A stretch of DNA of 61,898 nt, filler included, from Basidiobolus ranarum (taxonomy: Eukaryota), in assembly GCA_040143965.1 (NCBI GenBank). It is 18 parts of 18 records of this genome, joined end to end, with 100 filler letters (N's around TTAATTAATTAA, not from the genome) between each part and the next. Parts side by side here need not be neighbours in the genome. Positions count along the whole stretch, not along the records: positions 31,082 to 34,423 come from JASJQH010002555.1; positions 34,524 to 37,864 come from JASJQH010002556.1; positions 37,965 to 41,302 come from JASJQH010002557.1; positions 41,403 to 44,740 come from JASJQH010002558.1; positions 44,841 to 48,176 come from JASJQH010002559.1; 13 more parts are not named here. One strand, 5' to 3'. The position numbers and the translations under genes are program-made. Every line of letters begins with the position of its first letter. Within the stretch, counting starts at the first letter, position 1. This document shows positions 34,280-48,176 of the stretch, one piece after another. The notes beneath the pieces are model-generated. The model made no database searches, was not told the origin of the DNA, and saw only the letters and a list, made by a program, of their open reading frames with translations.

Positions 34280-35780
34280 GAATTGCTTTTGTTCTTTAAT
34301 CTTCTGTTTGTTTATATATATACATATTCAGGTGATATTGAACTCGTGATATAAGAGCATTATTGTCGGTATCTTGCTGTAATTTCAACAAATACATACT
34401 CTAATACGAAATCAAATATGTCTNNNNNNNNNNNNNNNNNNNNNNNNNNNNNNNNNNNNNNNNNNNNTTAATTAATTAANNNNNNNNNNNNNNNNNNNNN
34501 NNNNNNNNNNNNNNNNNNNNNNNTTAGCTAATACCATCAAGAAAGTGTGACCAAATAGTAAATATATACTGAGATAAGGATATGCAATGTAGACCCTGAT
34601 TCTATTGAATGGGATGCTCCATTCTGCAGTGGCTGATCAGCTTGCAGATTTTGTATTCTCAGAGTGATTAGTCGGAATTGGATCTCATAGATGCTAGTGG
34701 ATCCAGAGCTTATTTTAGGGTTTGAGCTTGGTCTAACTGCTACTATTGGTTGGAGATCGTAAGTAGTTTGCCCTGGAGAAGGATTTCATTTGCTTGATTG
34801 TTCATCTGCTGTTATTGATATTGCTACATATTTGTAGCTAACAAAGCATTAGCATGCTTGGGCACAGATGAAGTAGATACATCTGACTCATTCCATGATC
34901 CCATGACACCCTTCTCAAGAATAGGATTTGAGTCTATTTATTGTGGTGGTAATGAGCTACAAGGAAGTGTGTCTATAGTGGGTGCAATCCGAGTCTAAAA
35001 TACCCAAGATACAATGCTTCTTTTAAAGGCCTGAATAAAACAGGCTTGGTGGGGATCTGTTTATCTGTGACAAGGAATCCACTTCTACAAGGGTGCGTCC
35101 CATTGCTCACTCTGCCAACATCAATCTTTACTGCCTATGCCACCGGCTGAAGTAATCGTATTCAATTTGGTTGGTAGCTTTACCGGTTGGCAGTGTATTA
35201 GCCATCAACCAGTGTTCAGACTATACTATCAGTTTGATCTCAATTTCTACCCACCCGCCCTTATATCAATACGGGTTTTTACCATCCTCACTTCTGTACC
35301 CGTGCCCTTCGAGGGGTACCTATTTAAGTGATAAACAATATGGAATAGGAATTGGAAAGATTAATTGCAATCAATTCTTTGTCCCTGCAAATTCCTGAAT
35401 AGATAACTATCAACAGTGAGATGTTTTAAATTGGCCATTGTGTACTACAATTGGTGATTTCAGGCTGCACTTGAAGCTTGTAGTTGAGAGTTGGCCAACC
35501 GCAGGTATAGTTTCTTTTTTTGGATAGTTCATTCCCGTGTCCACCTCTCATTGTCTGCTTAAAATCAGAGATGGATAGCAGGTGAACGGAGAAAATTATC
35601 AAACCTTGGTGAAGATTTTGCCTAAAACCTTTCCAAACTCTGTTCCTATATTTTGCTAGTGAGCATACCTTCGTTTATCTTGCTGCATTTATAGTATTCT
35701 TTAATTGTCTTTCAAAGTCCTCGAAGCTCTTATCAAACTGGTGTAAAGTCGTTTTTCGTTCTTCTATATTCCCACACGCA

Positions 35781-37611
<1,831 letters not shown>

Positions 37612-38943
37612 TCTAATCATCATAGAATATCACCATTGCATCTCTGTATGTTTCTTATGGCATCATCATATTTGGCATTCAATTCTTACTATCACTATGA
37701 TATCCATCGTTTGTTATGTTTTTTATATTTATTTCCATCAGCTAAACATACACACACGGTTTCTTAATAAAAACCACAAATGACATTGGATCTTATGTTA
37801 AGGTGAGCCCTTTAATGCTAGTCTTCGACTTGGTTGGCTGGCGAGCATATATGTAAGTATACATNNNNNNNNNNNNNNNNNNNNNNNNNNNNNNNNNNNN
37901 NNNNNNNNTTAATTAATTAANNNNNNNNNNNNNNNNNNNNNNNNNNNNNNNNNNNNNNNNNNNNTATTGTCACAATATCTTAAAAGATTGATGTCTTGAT
38001 TGTCACTTTGTTTAGATTAGTATTTAAGCTAAATAAAGTCCACACCATCTGGTGCTTTTCATCCCCCCTAAATTACACTCTAACCTAGCAGTGGGAACTA
38101 GGAGGAACAGTAGCTTACGCCATGGTAAGCCATCTGCAATGTAAGAGATTGCTACAATGCTCTCCAGGGTATGTGCTTATCACAGTGTCAAGATATAGCA
38201 ATCTAATTAAATGGTAAATAGAAATGGATAATCTAGCCAGTTAATCAACCTAACTGGCTTAATCTAGTGTAATACTAAATATGTCAATCATTGGCTATAA
38301 TCGATTAAATAGTAACCAGCTAAATGAATATCTATTGGCCACTCAAAATAATAATCGCAATTTCGATCCACTTTACTGAACCACGACCAAAATCATTCAA
38401 TGGTGTAAAAGAATAATGAGACCTTATGGTATTCTAGCACTTTCATAAGTGATTTAGCCATAACTGCATATTGTAACGTAGCAGTAATAAAATACTGCTT
38501 TACGTTTCACATCAGCTTCGATTTACCGAGTAACTGTGGAGTGGGAGAGAGGGACCAATGGTAGTGTTTGCATCATTTGTGAACCATAAACTAGCCAAAA
38601 ATGTCGTAATGCAGCCTCTGCGCATTTCTTCGAGAAGCTGCTTGTAAGATCTGGAATTTAGGCTGTTGGTGTTGGGGTTTAATTAAGTTGATGTCCATTG
38701 TGCGTTCTCGAAATTCTCCGAGATTTGATTTATATAAAAATAGTATTCTCCAAATCATTCCTAAAAAGGGAACTTCATCGAAAACAACCGAGAATAGTGA
38801 TTAAAATATAACTTGAAATCTACAATCATGTTTCCCACTAGGACATCAACAAAATGATCGATCGATGATACATCTGGTTTTGCGCAATATGCATCACTTC
38901 AACATAATTTATTAGCTGGTTTTACGAAAGTATGACTCATAGG

Positions 38944-41302
38944 CTAAGCCCAGTCACAAATAATTGAGTCTTGGGATGTTGTGCAGACTGTACCTTCGGC
39001 ACATCTTTGTTTGAATAGTTTACCATAAGAGCATATAGTGAATTCGTCAGTCTCTCCAGAGTTGAGGCACTTGTAGGCTCCGTGCTTACATGTAGCTGCT
39101 GAGGACTCTGGGAGGAGCTCAGTGGTGACAGTTATAGTAGAGAAGGATGTGACTGTGATCGTAACTGTTGGGCGCTTACATATTGTAGGCTTTGCACCAT
39201 CACACCCAACACTTGTAATCTGACTAATATTTTCATCATACTCGGTGGTGCTTGTAGTCTCCGTACATTTCTCCCCCTCTATAGTGGTATGAGTCCCGGT
39301 GATGAAGGATTGGGTTGGCTTAGAAGCCATAGTAGACTTTTTGCAATCTTCGGTTTGGCCATCCTCTGTCGGCTTGGGAGATTTAGTAGCATTCACACAT
39401 CCGGTCGATTCGAGCTCCGAAGCTGTCAGAGTATCAGTGATCGCAGTAGTTTCGGATGTACATGTAGCCACGGTAGTGATGGTAGGCTTCACTGTAGCTG
39501 TATCCGTAGACTTTTGGGTAGCTTCTGTATTGATGGTTTTGGAACATTGAGGGGTTTGACTATTCTCTATGGTCGCTGAGGTTTCTGTTGTTCTTGAACT
39601 CTCCCCAGGAGCAGTAGAGTCATTAGGATATGTCGAACACTCAATGGTTTTGGTAGTATCTAGAGTAGATGCAGATTGAGTAGTTGCTGAATCAACAGAC
39701 GATACTGGTGTGGTAATTGTGAAGGTACTCATAGTTCCCGTGGTATCAGATGATGTAGTGCTCGCCGAATCATCAGTAGGTTCTAATATGGTAGTTGTAT
39801 CTTTCTCGGTAGTTTGAGTAGTTTGAATACCTGTAGAATCTGCCACTGTGCAGGTGCCAGTAATTTCTGTGCTATGAGATGTCGCTGTAGTTGAAATACT
39901 AGAGTAAGGAGTTTGTGTAAAGCATATAGTGTGTGAAGATGTAATAGATAAGGGTATTGAAGTAGCTTCTGTAGATGCGGTATGTATGATGGTTCCAGTA
40001 GTCTTGGTTGATAAAAGAGTATCCGTATTCTCTATGGTAGTCGGAGGGAGAGTAGTACTAAGGTTTGTAGTAGATTCTGATAAGGTAGTGACCACTGTTG
40101 GCTCCATGGGTGTCATACTCGGTGCAGTTATAGTTGATTTCAGAGTTTCTGTAATAACTGAAGTGGGTGGAGACCAAGTAGATTCTATATCATTGGTTGG
40201 TATCAACGTGGTGGTAGTTTCCATGGACTCAGTTCCTGTAATATCAGTAGTTGCCGATGGTTGGCTACTTTCGCAAACAGTTGTTGCTACTGACGTGAGA
40301 GTAGTCTCTGCTGGCTCTGTTGGTGTTCTAGATGTTCGAGTTTCGGTAGAATCTGTGCTTGATAGTGACTTAGTGGTTTCCGGTTCTGTAGCCGAAACAG
40401 ATATGGTAGTAGTCTCCGTTGACTCAGTAGGCGTGTTAGTCTGCGCAGTCTCTGTTGTTACTGGAGTGTCAGTCTCCGTAGTCTTCGTAGAGGTGCCAGT
40501 CTTTGTCGTCTGGTTACATGTGTAAGTATCCGTAGCCACTACTGATTTTGAAGTGTCAGTCTCCGTAGTCACTTTCGATGTTTGAGTGCCCTTAGTATCT
40601 GTAGTTGAAAGATACTGAGTACTTTCTGAGTTAGTGGTTCCTGTTGGCGTGGTAGTAATCTCTGTTGATGTTGAAGAGTCAGTTAACGTAGTCACTGTTG
40701 ATATAAGAGCGTCCGTAGAATCTGTAGTTGACTGAGTTTGAGTACTTTCGGAGTCCGTACTTGTTAGGGGCGTAGTAGTAATCTCGATTGATGTTGGAGT
40801 GTAAGTCTCTGTTGACTCCGTAGACGTGTTGGCCCCTGAACTTTCCATGGGAGCGCAAGTCTTCGTAGTCTCCGTTGATGTTGGAGTGCCAGTCTCTGTT
40901 GACTCTGCAGGTGTGTTCGTCTCAGTAGTCTCTGTAGGTGTGCTAGTCTCCGTAGTCTCTATTGATGTTGAGGTGTCGGTATCTGTTGACTCGGTAGGCG
41001 TGTTAGTCTTTGTAGTTTCGGTAGGCGTGTTAGTCTTTGTAGTTTCGGTATGTGTGTCAGTTTCCGTAGTCTCTATTGATGTCGGAGTGTTAGTCACCGT
41101 AGTCACTGTTGATGTTAGAGTGTCAGTTTCTGTCGACTCGGTGGGCGCGCTCGTCTCCGTAGTTTCTGTAGGTGTATTCGTCTCCGTAGGTTCTGTAGGC
41201 GTGTCAGTCTCCGTAGTATCTGTTGACGTTGGTGTGTCAGTCTCTGTTGGCTCGGTAGACGTGTTGGTTTCCGTAGTCTCTGTTGATGTAGGACTTTTAA
41301 TC
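38944..41302 (-). CDS. Thr/Ser-rich mucin-like protein with C-terminal CBM19-like chitin-binding module, 5'-truncated
   Basis: Open for about 785 codons to the contig edge. TETTETxTP tandem units. C-terminal CKHGAYKCLNSGETDEFTICSYGKLFKQRCAEGTVC...ICDWA. Confidence 0.85.
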
Positions 41303-41402
41303 NNNNNNNNNNNNNNNNNNNNNNNNNNNNNNNNNNNNNNNNNNNNTTAATTAATTAANNNNNNNNNNNNNNNNNNNNNNNNNNNNNNNNNNNNNNNNNN
41401 NN

Positions 41403-41609
41403 ATGCATTGATCCATAGTTTGCCAAGATTGTTGCCAATCATGTGCAACTATTTTGCAAGATCTTGAAATTTCACCCCTGAAACAGGAAAAATTGATTAA
41501 TATCAAATCTAACTTGCCAATTTTATGATGTTAAGCAAATGGTGAATTCAAAATAGATTAAAATTGTGATGGTTTTCCTAAGATAACGATCCGCAAATTT
41601 CTGTCAGGG
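41403..41609 (+). mobile_element. ORF-X repeat terminal segment
   Basis: Matches 56890-57096. Ends CAAATTTCTGTCAGGG. Confidence 0.7.
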
Positions 41610-41689
41610 CTTGGTGAACTTATTTTCTTTCTTGGAATCCAATTGAAGATAAATAGAGCTACCAAAACAATAACTTTAAACCAGTCTAA

Positions 41690-42736
41690 GTATACCCTAG
41701 ATATATCAAGGAAGTTCAAAATGGAATAATATACTTCAATATCTATGCCAAATGAGACAAATCTTAACTTGACCAAAAATGGCTGAAATCAGTTGTTTTT
41801 GGATTCATATGAAAGCCAGAAGTTTCCTTATCAACATATGGTTGGCTATTTGATATACATCATGGTTGGAACTTGGCTAGATATTGCATATTCAGTGGGA
41901 GTGATGTGCCAATATCTTCAAATTATGGATCTGATCAAATCAGAGCAGTTAAATAGATTTCTAGGTATTTGAAAGGTAATATGGATCTGTGCTTGAAGTA
42001 ATCATATTCTGGACCACACTTTGATCTGATAGTATATGCAGATGCAAACTGGAGAAGAAATATTGAAGACAGGTGATCTATAACAGGATGCTTATTTCTT
42101 TGCTGCAATGGAGCTATTTGTTGGCATTTAAAGAATTAACCTACTGTAGTACTTTCAATAACAGAAGCAGAATACAAGGCTGCTTGTGAAGCAAGAGAAG
42201 AAGCAATATGGGTAAGGAAACTCTTCGCAGATATATGTTATGCTTAAAAATCACCAATTGCAATATTTCAAGATAATCAAAGTTGAATCAAATAAGCTAA
42301 AAATCCCTTGTTTCATAATCAAAGCAAATATATAGATATTAGATATCAATTAATTACAGAGACTATAAAGAATAAGGTTATTGACTTAACTTATAGCTCT
42401 ACAGAAGACATGATTGTTGATATATTAACCAAACCATTAGCTCAACAGAAATTTGAGAAATTTAGATCTTTATTCTGATTAATTTAAATAACTATTTAGT
42501 TGAGAGAGAGTCTTGCAATTAGCACTGCCTAAACACCAATATAGTCATATATGGCTTAGTGCTTAGTTATCTTATAGTTCACTTAAATAAGATATATAGA
42601 GATTTTCCAACTTGTGCTAGAAGCCCCAAACTTTGCACCCATGTTCCTGGGACCTTCCCTAGCACATTCTACATGTTAGTTTGCTTATATCTAGACAAAA
42701 CTATAAATGTCAACTTTCAACTCAATAAATCAATAA
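41690..42736 (+). mobile_element. Ty1/copia family A RT/RNase H remnant with PPT and truncated LTR (42511-42736)
   Basis: Colinear with 25080-26180. PPT GAGAGAGAG at 42502-42510. Confidence 0.88.
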
Positions 42737-42739
42737 CCA

Positions 42740-44520
42740 ATAAGTCCAGAAAACTTTGAGCACTTACTGCTATATGTTGACCTTGGTTATTCCAGTATCA
42801 ATAGTGGTATATCAGAAGTTGAAGAAGAAGTAGATAGTTTTGTTATGGACTGGTTGTTATTGGCAAGCATTGGTCAACTCATAACACTTACTGTAAAGGA
42901 AGCAGCTTTGATTATTGAGGAATGGAGAGTTCAACCAAATCTTAGCAACCAGGTGTTGATTAGTTTTCTTACACTTTTACCACAGTTGATTGGCAACTGT
43001 TTCTTGCCACTGACCTGGTACAAGTTAAAAAAATTTGTCAACTGTATGACCTATAATCCTTCAGAAATTAAATTACCTTCATGTCCAAATGGTTGTTTGG
43101 CTTTCACTGTGATCTGAAAAACCTGAAGTCACATAGTGTTTGAACACAATTGGCAATCACTGAATTGGGTAATTATTGTTCATATATGGCTTACATAGCA
43201 TTGATTACCCATCTAAGTAATTAAACTACCTTTATGTCCAAATTGTTGTTTGGTTTTCACAAGTGATCTGAAAAACCTGTAGGCATATGCTGTTTGCACA
43301 CTATTGGCAATCACTTAATCAGGTAACTATTGTTCATATTTGGCTTACATACCATTTATTCCTTGTCTTAAAGTTTTGATGAAATCACCCAAATACAGAT
43401 CTTTGATCCAATACCAAAGTACTTGCTGTAATGCTGATGGTTTTACCAATATACTTGATGGATATCACTACTAGAATCTGAAAAGTCAAGGTTTCTTTGA
43501 GAACATGTATGATCATACATTTGCATTGGCTCTGGATGGGTTCTGACTTAACAAGTATACCATAGGATAGGCTTCTGGCCAATAATTTTAATCAACTTAA
43601 ATCTTCCTCCTTCTAAATGGTATGAGAGTAATAATACTTGGATACTATCCATCATATCAGGACCTAAGTGACTAGTACTTATAGATAGCTTCTTGGAGCC
43701 TTTGATTGTGGAATTTGAATGGATATCTAATGCAGTTCTGATGGGTGAATATTTTATTAAAGTTAATATCATTGTATGTACTGGTGACAATCCTGCCATC
43801 AGCAAACCTGGAAGTTTTTGCTAGCAGAGTGCACTATCTTGCTGTAGATTTTGTCAAATCAATGCAATTTACTCTATCAGGCATACACATTACTACTATC
43901 CAAATACAAAACTAAACTCCATGATTTTACCATCAAGAGCCTGGCCAGATTTCAACATGGTCACTGATATCAATTCACCTAATAGTAGTCTAATATCAAG
44001 CTTGGTATTAGCCATAAGCCTGAGACTATATTGCTAAAGGGGATCAGCTGGAGCCATAGCTTTCCATTCAGTGCTATGAACTTACTGTTCAACAATATTC
44101 ATGCTTTGTACTCTGTTATATAGTGGAAAACTCAATATGAAGGAGCCATATGAGATGGAATCAAAGCTTGAATCTGTTGGGAAAATGCTTGAAAACATTA
44201 AGATACCATCATATTTTACCAGAACTCCCATCAATATCCACACATTTAGGTGTTTATTCAAATGCAAAGACTGGAAGTATTGGAGTTATATATATTCAAG
44301 TAGAATCTTGAAACAATTTCTGCCTCATAAGTAATGGTAACATTGGCAGTTGTTTGTCAATATTGTTAATATATTATTATGGCATCAACTCACATTGGCA
44401 GATCCCAGACAGATGCAGCAGCTGTGCAAAGATTTTGTAATTGAATATGATTCACAGAACCAAGTGTTGTCCAAATCAATTCCAAATCCCCTAAACATGT
44501 TAATCATCTGTGATATTCCA
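42740..44520 (+). mobile_element. CACTA/CMC (Transposase_21/Tnp2-like) transposase pseudogene
   Basis: CPNGCLAF, ALALDGF, WPIILINLNLPPSKWY, SIISGPK, IDSFLEPLI, CTGDNPA, CRFCQI, KIPSYFTRTP, FKCKDWKYW. Confidence 0.85.
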
Positions 44521-46034
44521 CAGACTTTACCTCAGGCTCCTGAGAGTCCAGAATCAAAATTATGGGAAAATAGATGTCTGATGAAATTTCTTTTCTTCAG
44601 GACAATAAAACATGGGTTTTAAGTCCTCAGCCATCACAGAGAAAGCAAATAGGTTGCAAATGGGTTTACAAAGAAGAAATCCAGCTTATGTAACCATGGA
44701 GGAGACAAAGTAAGAATAGTCAGAGCAGCTGATATTTATANNNNNNNNNNNNNNNNNNNNNNNNNNNNNNNNNNNNNNNNNNNNTTAATTAATTAANNNN
44801 NNNNNNNNNNNNNNNNNNNNNNNNNNNNNNNNNNNNNNNNTTTGAGCTTTTTCAAAAAAACTATCACTCCTTTCGGATTGTGATATCAAAAGAATGTCAC
44901 AGCACATTCTAGCAGTTAGTGTTTGCCTCAGCAGAATCTTAGTCCGTCAGCTTCAAAGTGATATAGTACAGTGGATAGTGAGTTCACCTCAACTTTTCTT
45001 GCTGGATATTAAAACCATTGTATACGTGGTTCTGAGAATAAAAGTCGAAAATTCTTCTGATATTTAATGAGAGACGTAACTCGCTCATAATCAAGTCGAT
45101 CATCTAATATCCAGTCAAGCAATAATGTCAATTGAATGAAGAGCGAAACATACCTCAAAGGAGTGAAGCTTTCATGAGACCTTTAGGTACAGTTGCTTCT
45201 ATAATCCGCAGATACCTACGGTTGATTTCTTATGGCCAGAAATTCCCACTGAAAGCGCACTAGAGAAAGAACAAAAGAGATATATCAGCATAGATTCAGT
45301 TTGAAGGTGCATGTGGGCAAAAAAATACACTAGAGTGTCCTTCGGAGTCTAATTATAGAGATTGCGTCACACATGGAATGAACATTATGTACAAAAAAAC
45401 ATACTTTACTTTGACTTTGGATGTTTCATTATGGTGCTCATTGTAATGGCTTATAATTCAATACGGGAAGAAATGTTCAGCAGAGGATTCAAATATGCAG
45501 AGAGGCACAAGCGTGTGATGATTTTTGTGAAAGTATTCCTATATATTAGAAAACATCTTTGGATCCAATCGTCTTACTCTTCTTTGAAGAGTCGAATTCA
45601 GTTAGCAAATTAGTTACCGATCACAAGCGTAAAAGACATTCGGAAACTGTCAAAGCATACTAATGCTGCTTGATTGCTCTCTTATTCTGGATGACTTTGC
45701 AGTCCCTACTTGTTACCAAGATTCAATAGCACTTCGTGCTTCAGTTGCGTGGTTTGGAGTTTAAAATATTTTTAAAAGACTATAGGCAGTGTTATAGAGA
45801 TTAACATGAACAGTACAAAATAAACAAGCAAATTGATTACAGATTCAATTGAAGATTCGAAGGGAGCATTAAAAAGATGGAGATAATTTGAAATCAACAT
45901 ATGATACAAAGTACTCTATTTCATCTCATAACAAAATCCCTTATGTTTACGAGGATATATAGCAACTGAACGGAATCGAGAAGTAAAAGAAGACAGAAAA
46001 TTCGCTAGCAAGTAACACGAATATCAGGATATAG

Positions 46035-46604
46035 CTAGGTCAATTTCTGGGCAGCTGTGAGGACAGGGGACAGGCTCAGAGAATTGACAGTGTCAGATTT
46101 GAAGGCGCGGATCGCCTCAATTACAAGATGAAAATCTTCCGCATCCAGCCAATCTGCTTTTAACGGTTGTGTGACCTTACTGGACTTTTCTGAAGAGCTC
46201 TGTTCGAAATCAATAGAAGAGCCTATACTGTGAATATTCGAACCTACGGGATTATGAATTGTATCCTGTAGGACGGCACGTATCGCTTCTTGAGCATAAC
46301 CATAATCCTCAGTTGTATTCATCCAATCTTTTCTCACAAGCTTTGATGGAGTAATGGACTCCTCTTCCTGGCTCCTATACGCCCCAATGGTGTGTACATG
46401 CGATCCGGCTAAGGAATTGATAGTTTCTTCGTTTATGGACCGTATGGCTTCCTGTACATACCCTTGACTTTCTTCAGCATCCATCCAATCTCTTTGATCA
46501 ACCTGCTTCCTGACCGAATATGCACGGGAGCCGTTTACGACGACAGCACGAGCAGAGAGGGGTCTAGTAAACTTGGATACGATGGTTTTGATCATGTAAG
46601 ACAT
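46035..46604 (-). CDS. Hypothetical protein (about 189 aa) with mitochondrial-presequence-like N-terminus and three internal repeats
   Basis: Intact ORF in CpG-normal DNA. TATATAAAG about 80 nt upstream. N-terminus MSYMIKTIVSKFTRPLSARAVVVNGSRAYS lacks acidic residues. Three DWxxxEx(4-5)xEAIR repeats. Confidence 0.7.
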   Translation of the reverse strand: MSYMIKTIVSKFTRPLSARAVVVNGSRAYSVRKQVDQRDWMDAEESQGYVQEAIRSINEETINSLAGSHVHTIGAYRSQEEESITPSKLVRKDWMNTTEDYGYAQEAIRAVLQDTIHNPVGSNIHSIGSSIDFEQSSSEKSSKVTQPLKADWLDAEDFHLVIEAIRAFKSDTVNSLSLSPVLTAAQKLT

Positions 46605-47424
46605 GTTATTGGTAGAGATCAAGGGTTTGTTGAAGACGGGCGGAAGATATGCCAACGTTGCAAGGTTGGAATGCAAAGGCCGACTTTATATATTCGATCT
46701 ACTCTCCGGAAGTAGCAGTCAGATGGCCTAGATAGTAATGGACTTGGATCAGATCTCGAAGATCTGATTCCTGCCATGAAGCGATCCTCACCCATTGTGA
46801 AATGTACTGTAGTCTCTTGGCCCTCCCCTAGAGGAGCTTGCATAAATGGATTTGAACGATTCATCATCGTTGCGATAGGAAATTTCGGTGGACATGCATT
46901 AATTTGATCAGAATCTCAGCAGATGGTGGAATTAAACGCCACTAGTTTCGTTCTTGAATGGATAATCTTACTCCTGCGTAGAATTGTTTATCATTGGCCA
47001 TAACGCTATTATTAACCAATATACCACAGGGTTTAAACACGTTGTCTTAATGATTCGCAGATGTGCATCCTTTACTGTGAGAAGCGTGCCAAACTCATGA
47101 AATGTGCCTGGTTGGGATTATCCAGCTGTACATTGTTTACCATTGATTAACTATCCCTCAAAAAGCAAGTATGGCAAATATGAAACAGGTGACCACCAAG
47201 TCTAGCTCTTACCATGCTCTGTGCAGGAACATCGCGTGCCTATTCAGTTGAGGCACTTAAAACCCTAATTTATTGATGTGTATACATAGATAGGGCGGAC
47301 AACGCTACACAAAATAGTGATTCAAAGTATTACACAAAGAGGTGGTTTGAGTGCCTGATTTTAAATTCTAACTCGCGATGTACATAGAAAGCCCTGTAAA
47401 TTGAGATCACTACCAGTGGATGGG

Positions 47425-48176
47425 TTAGAATTTAACAAGCTTAGTCATAACAAGTTCGTCAGGGTTTTCCATCCTGAGATGCTGTAGACCAATTTCAATG
47501 ATGTCTCGAGCCTCCTGGGAGAATTTGCCATTCTCATCAGCACCGCACCAGTTCCCAGACGCTGCTTCAATGATTATCTCTAGCCCAAAATGTGTGCAGC
47601 AATGCTTGAACAGTTCTTCCATGTCAAGGACCTCCTTTACCGACGAGATATATGCTTGAAAGAATTGTTCAAGGAACTTCCAAACTGCTTCTTTTACAAG
47701 CTGGCTTTTGGATGTATGCCCCATTAAGAATATATTGACTGCAAAATGAGCTATTTCAACACCAGGGGAACTATATCCGAAGAATTCCCAATCTATTAAT
47801 GAAAGATAGGGGCTTGATTTAGTCCCGGCAATACTTTCATCAATAAAGACTGAACCGGTCCAGAAGTCACCAAATGTCAGGGCTTTTGCATTTGGTGAAT
47901 TTGCATCAATCAAGCATTGCCCAAATTCCCTCGCTCTTTGACCAATGGTTACAAAGTCTGGGACGTGTGCAGTTTCCAGGATGCCTTCTACACGCCCATA
48001 GACAGCATCCAAAAGCACCTCGCGTGACGGTAGATTGTTGAAAAAGGAATAAAGCTGAGACCAATGCTTATGCCCGAACAGGTGGATTTGAGCCATATAT
48101 TCTCCAAGCGAATGACCTATCCTGCCTCCTCGTGAAGAGTCATCCGTGAGAGACTCAAACCAGACTTTAAGGTTAG
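47425..48176 (-). CDS. APH/choline-kinase-fold phosphotransferase (methylthioribose kinase/PsiK-like), 5'-truncated
   Basis: Frame is open to the contig edge (NLKVWF...IGHSLGEYMAQIH). Catalytic loop LTFGDFWTGSV; metal-binding LIDWEF. Confidence 0.8.

Noticed and set aside
34524-35700. Possible decayed gene or retroelement upstream of LETM1
   Set aside because: No sustained frame or recognisable motif on either strand.
39929-41350. Val/Ser-rich plus-strand ORFs (198 and 174 aa)
   Set aside because: Antisense mirror of the Thr-rich repeats.
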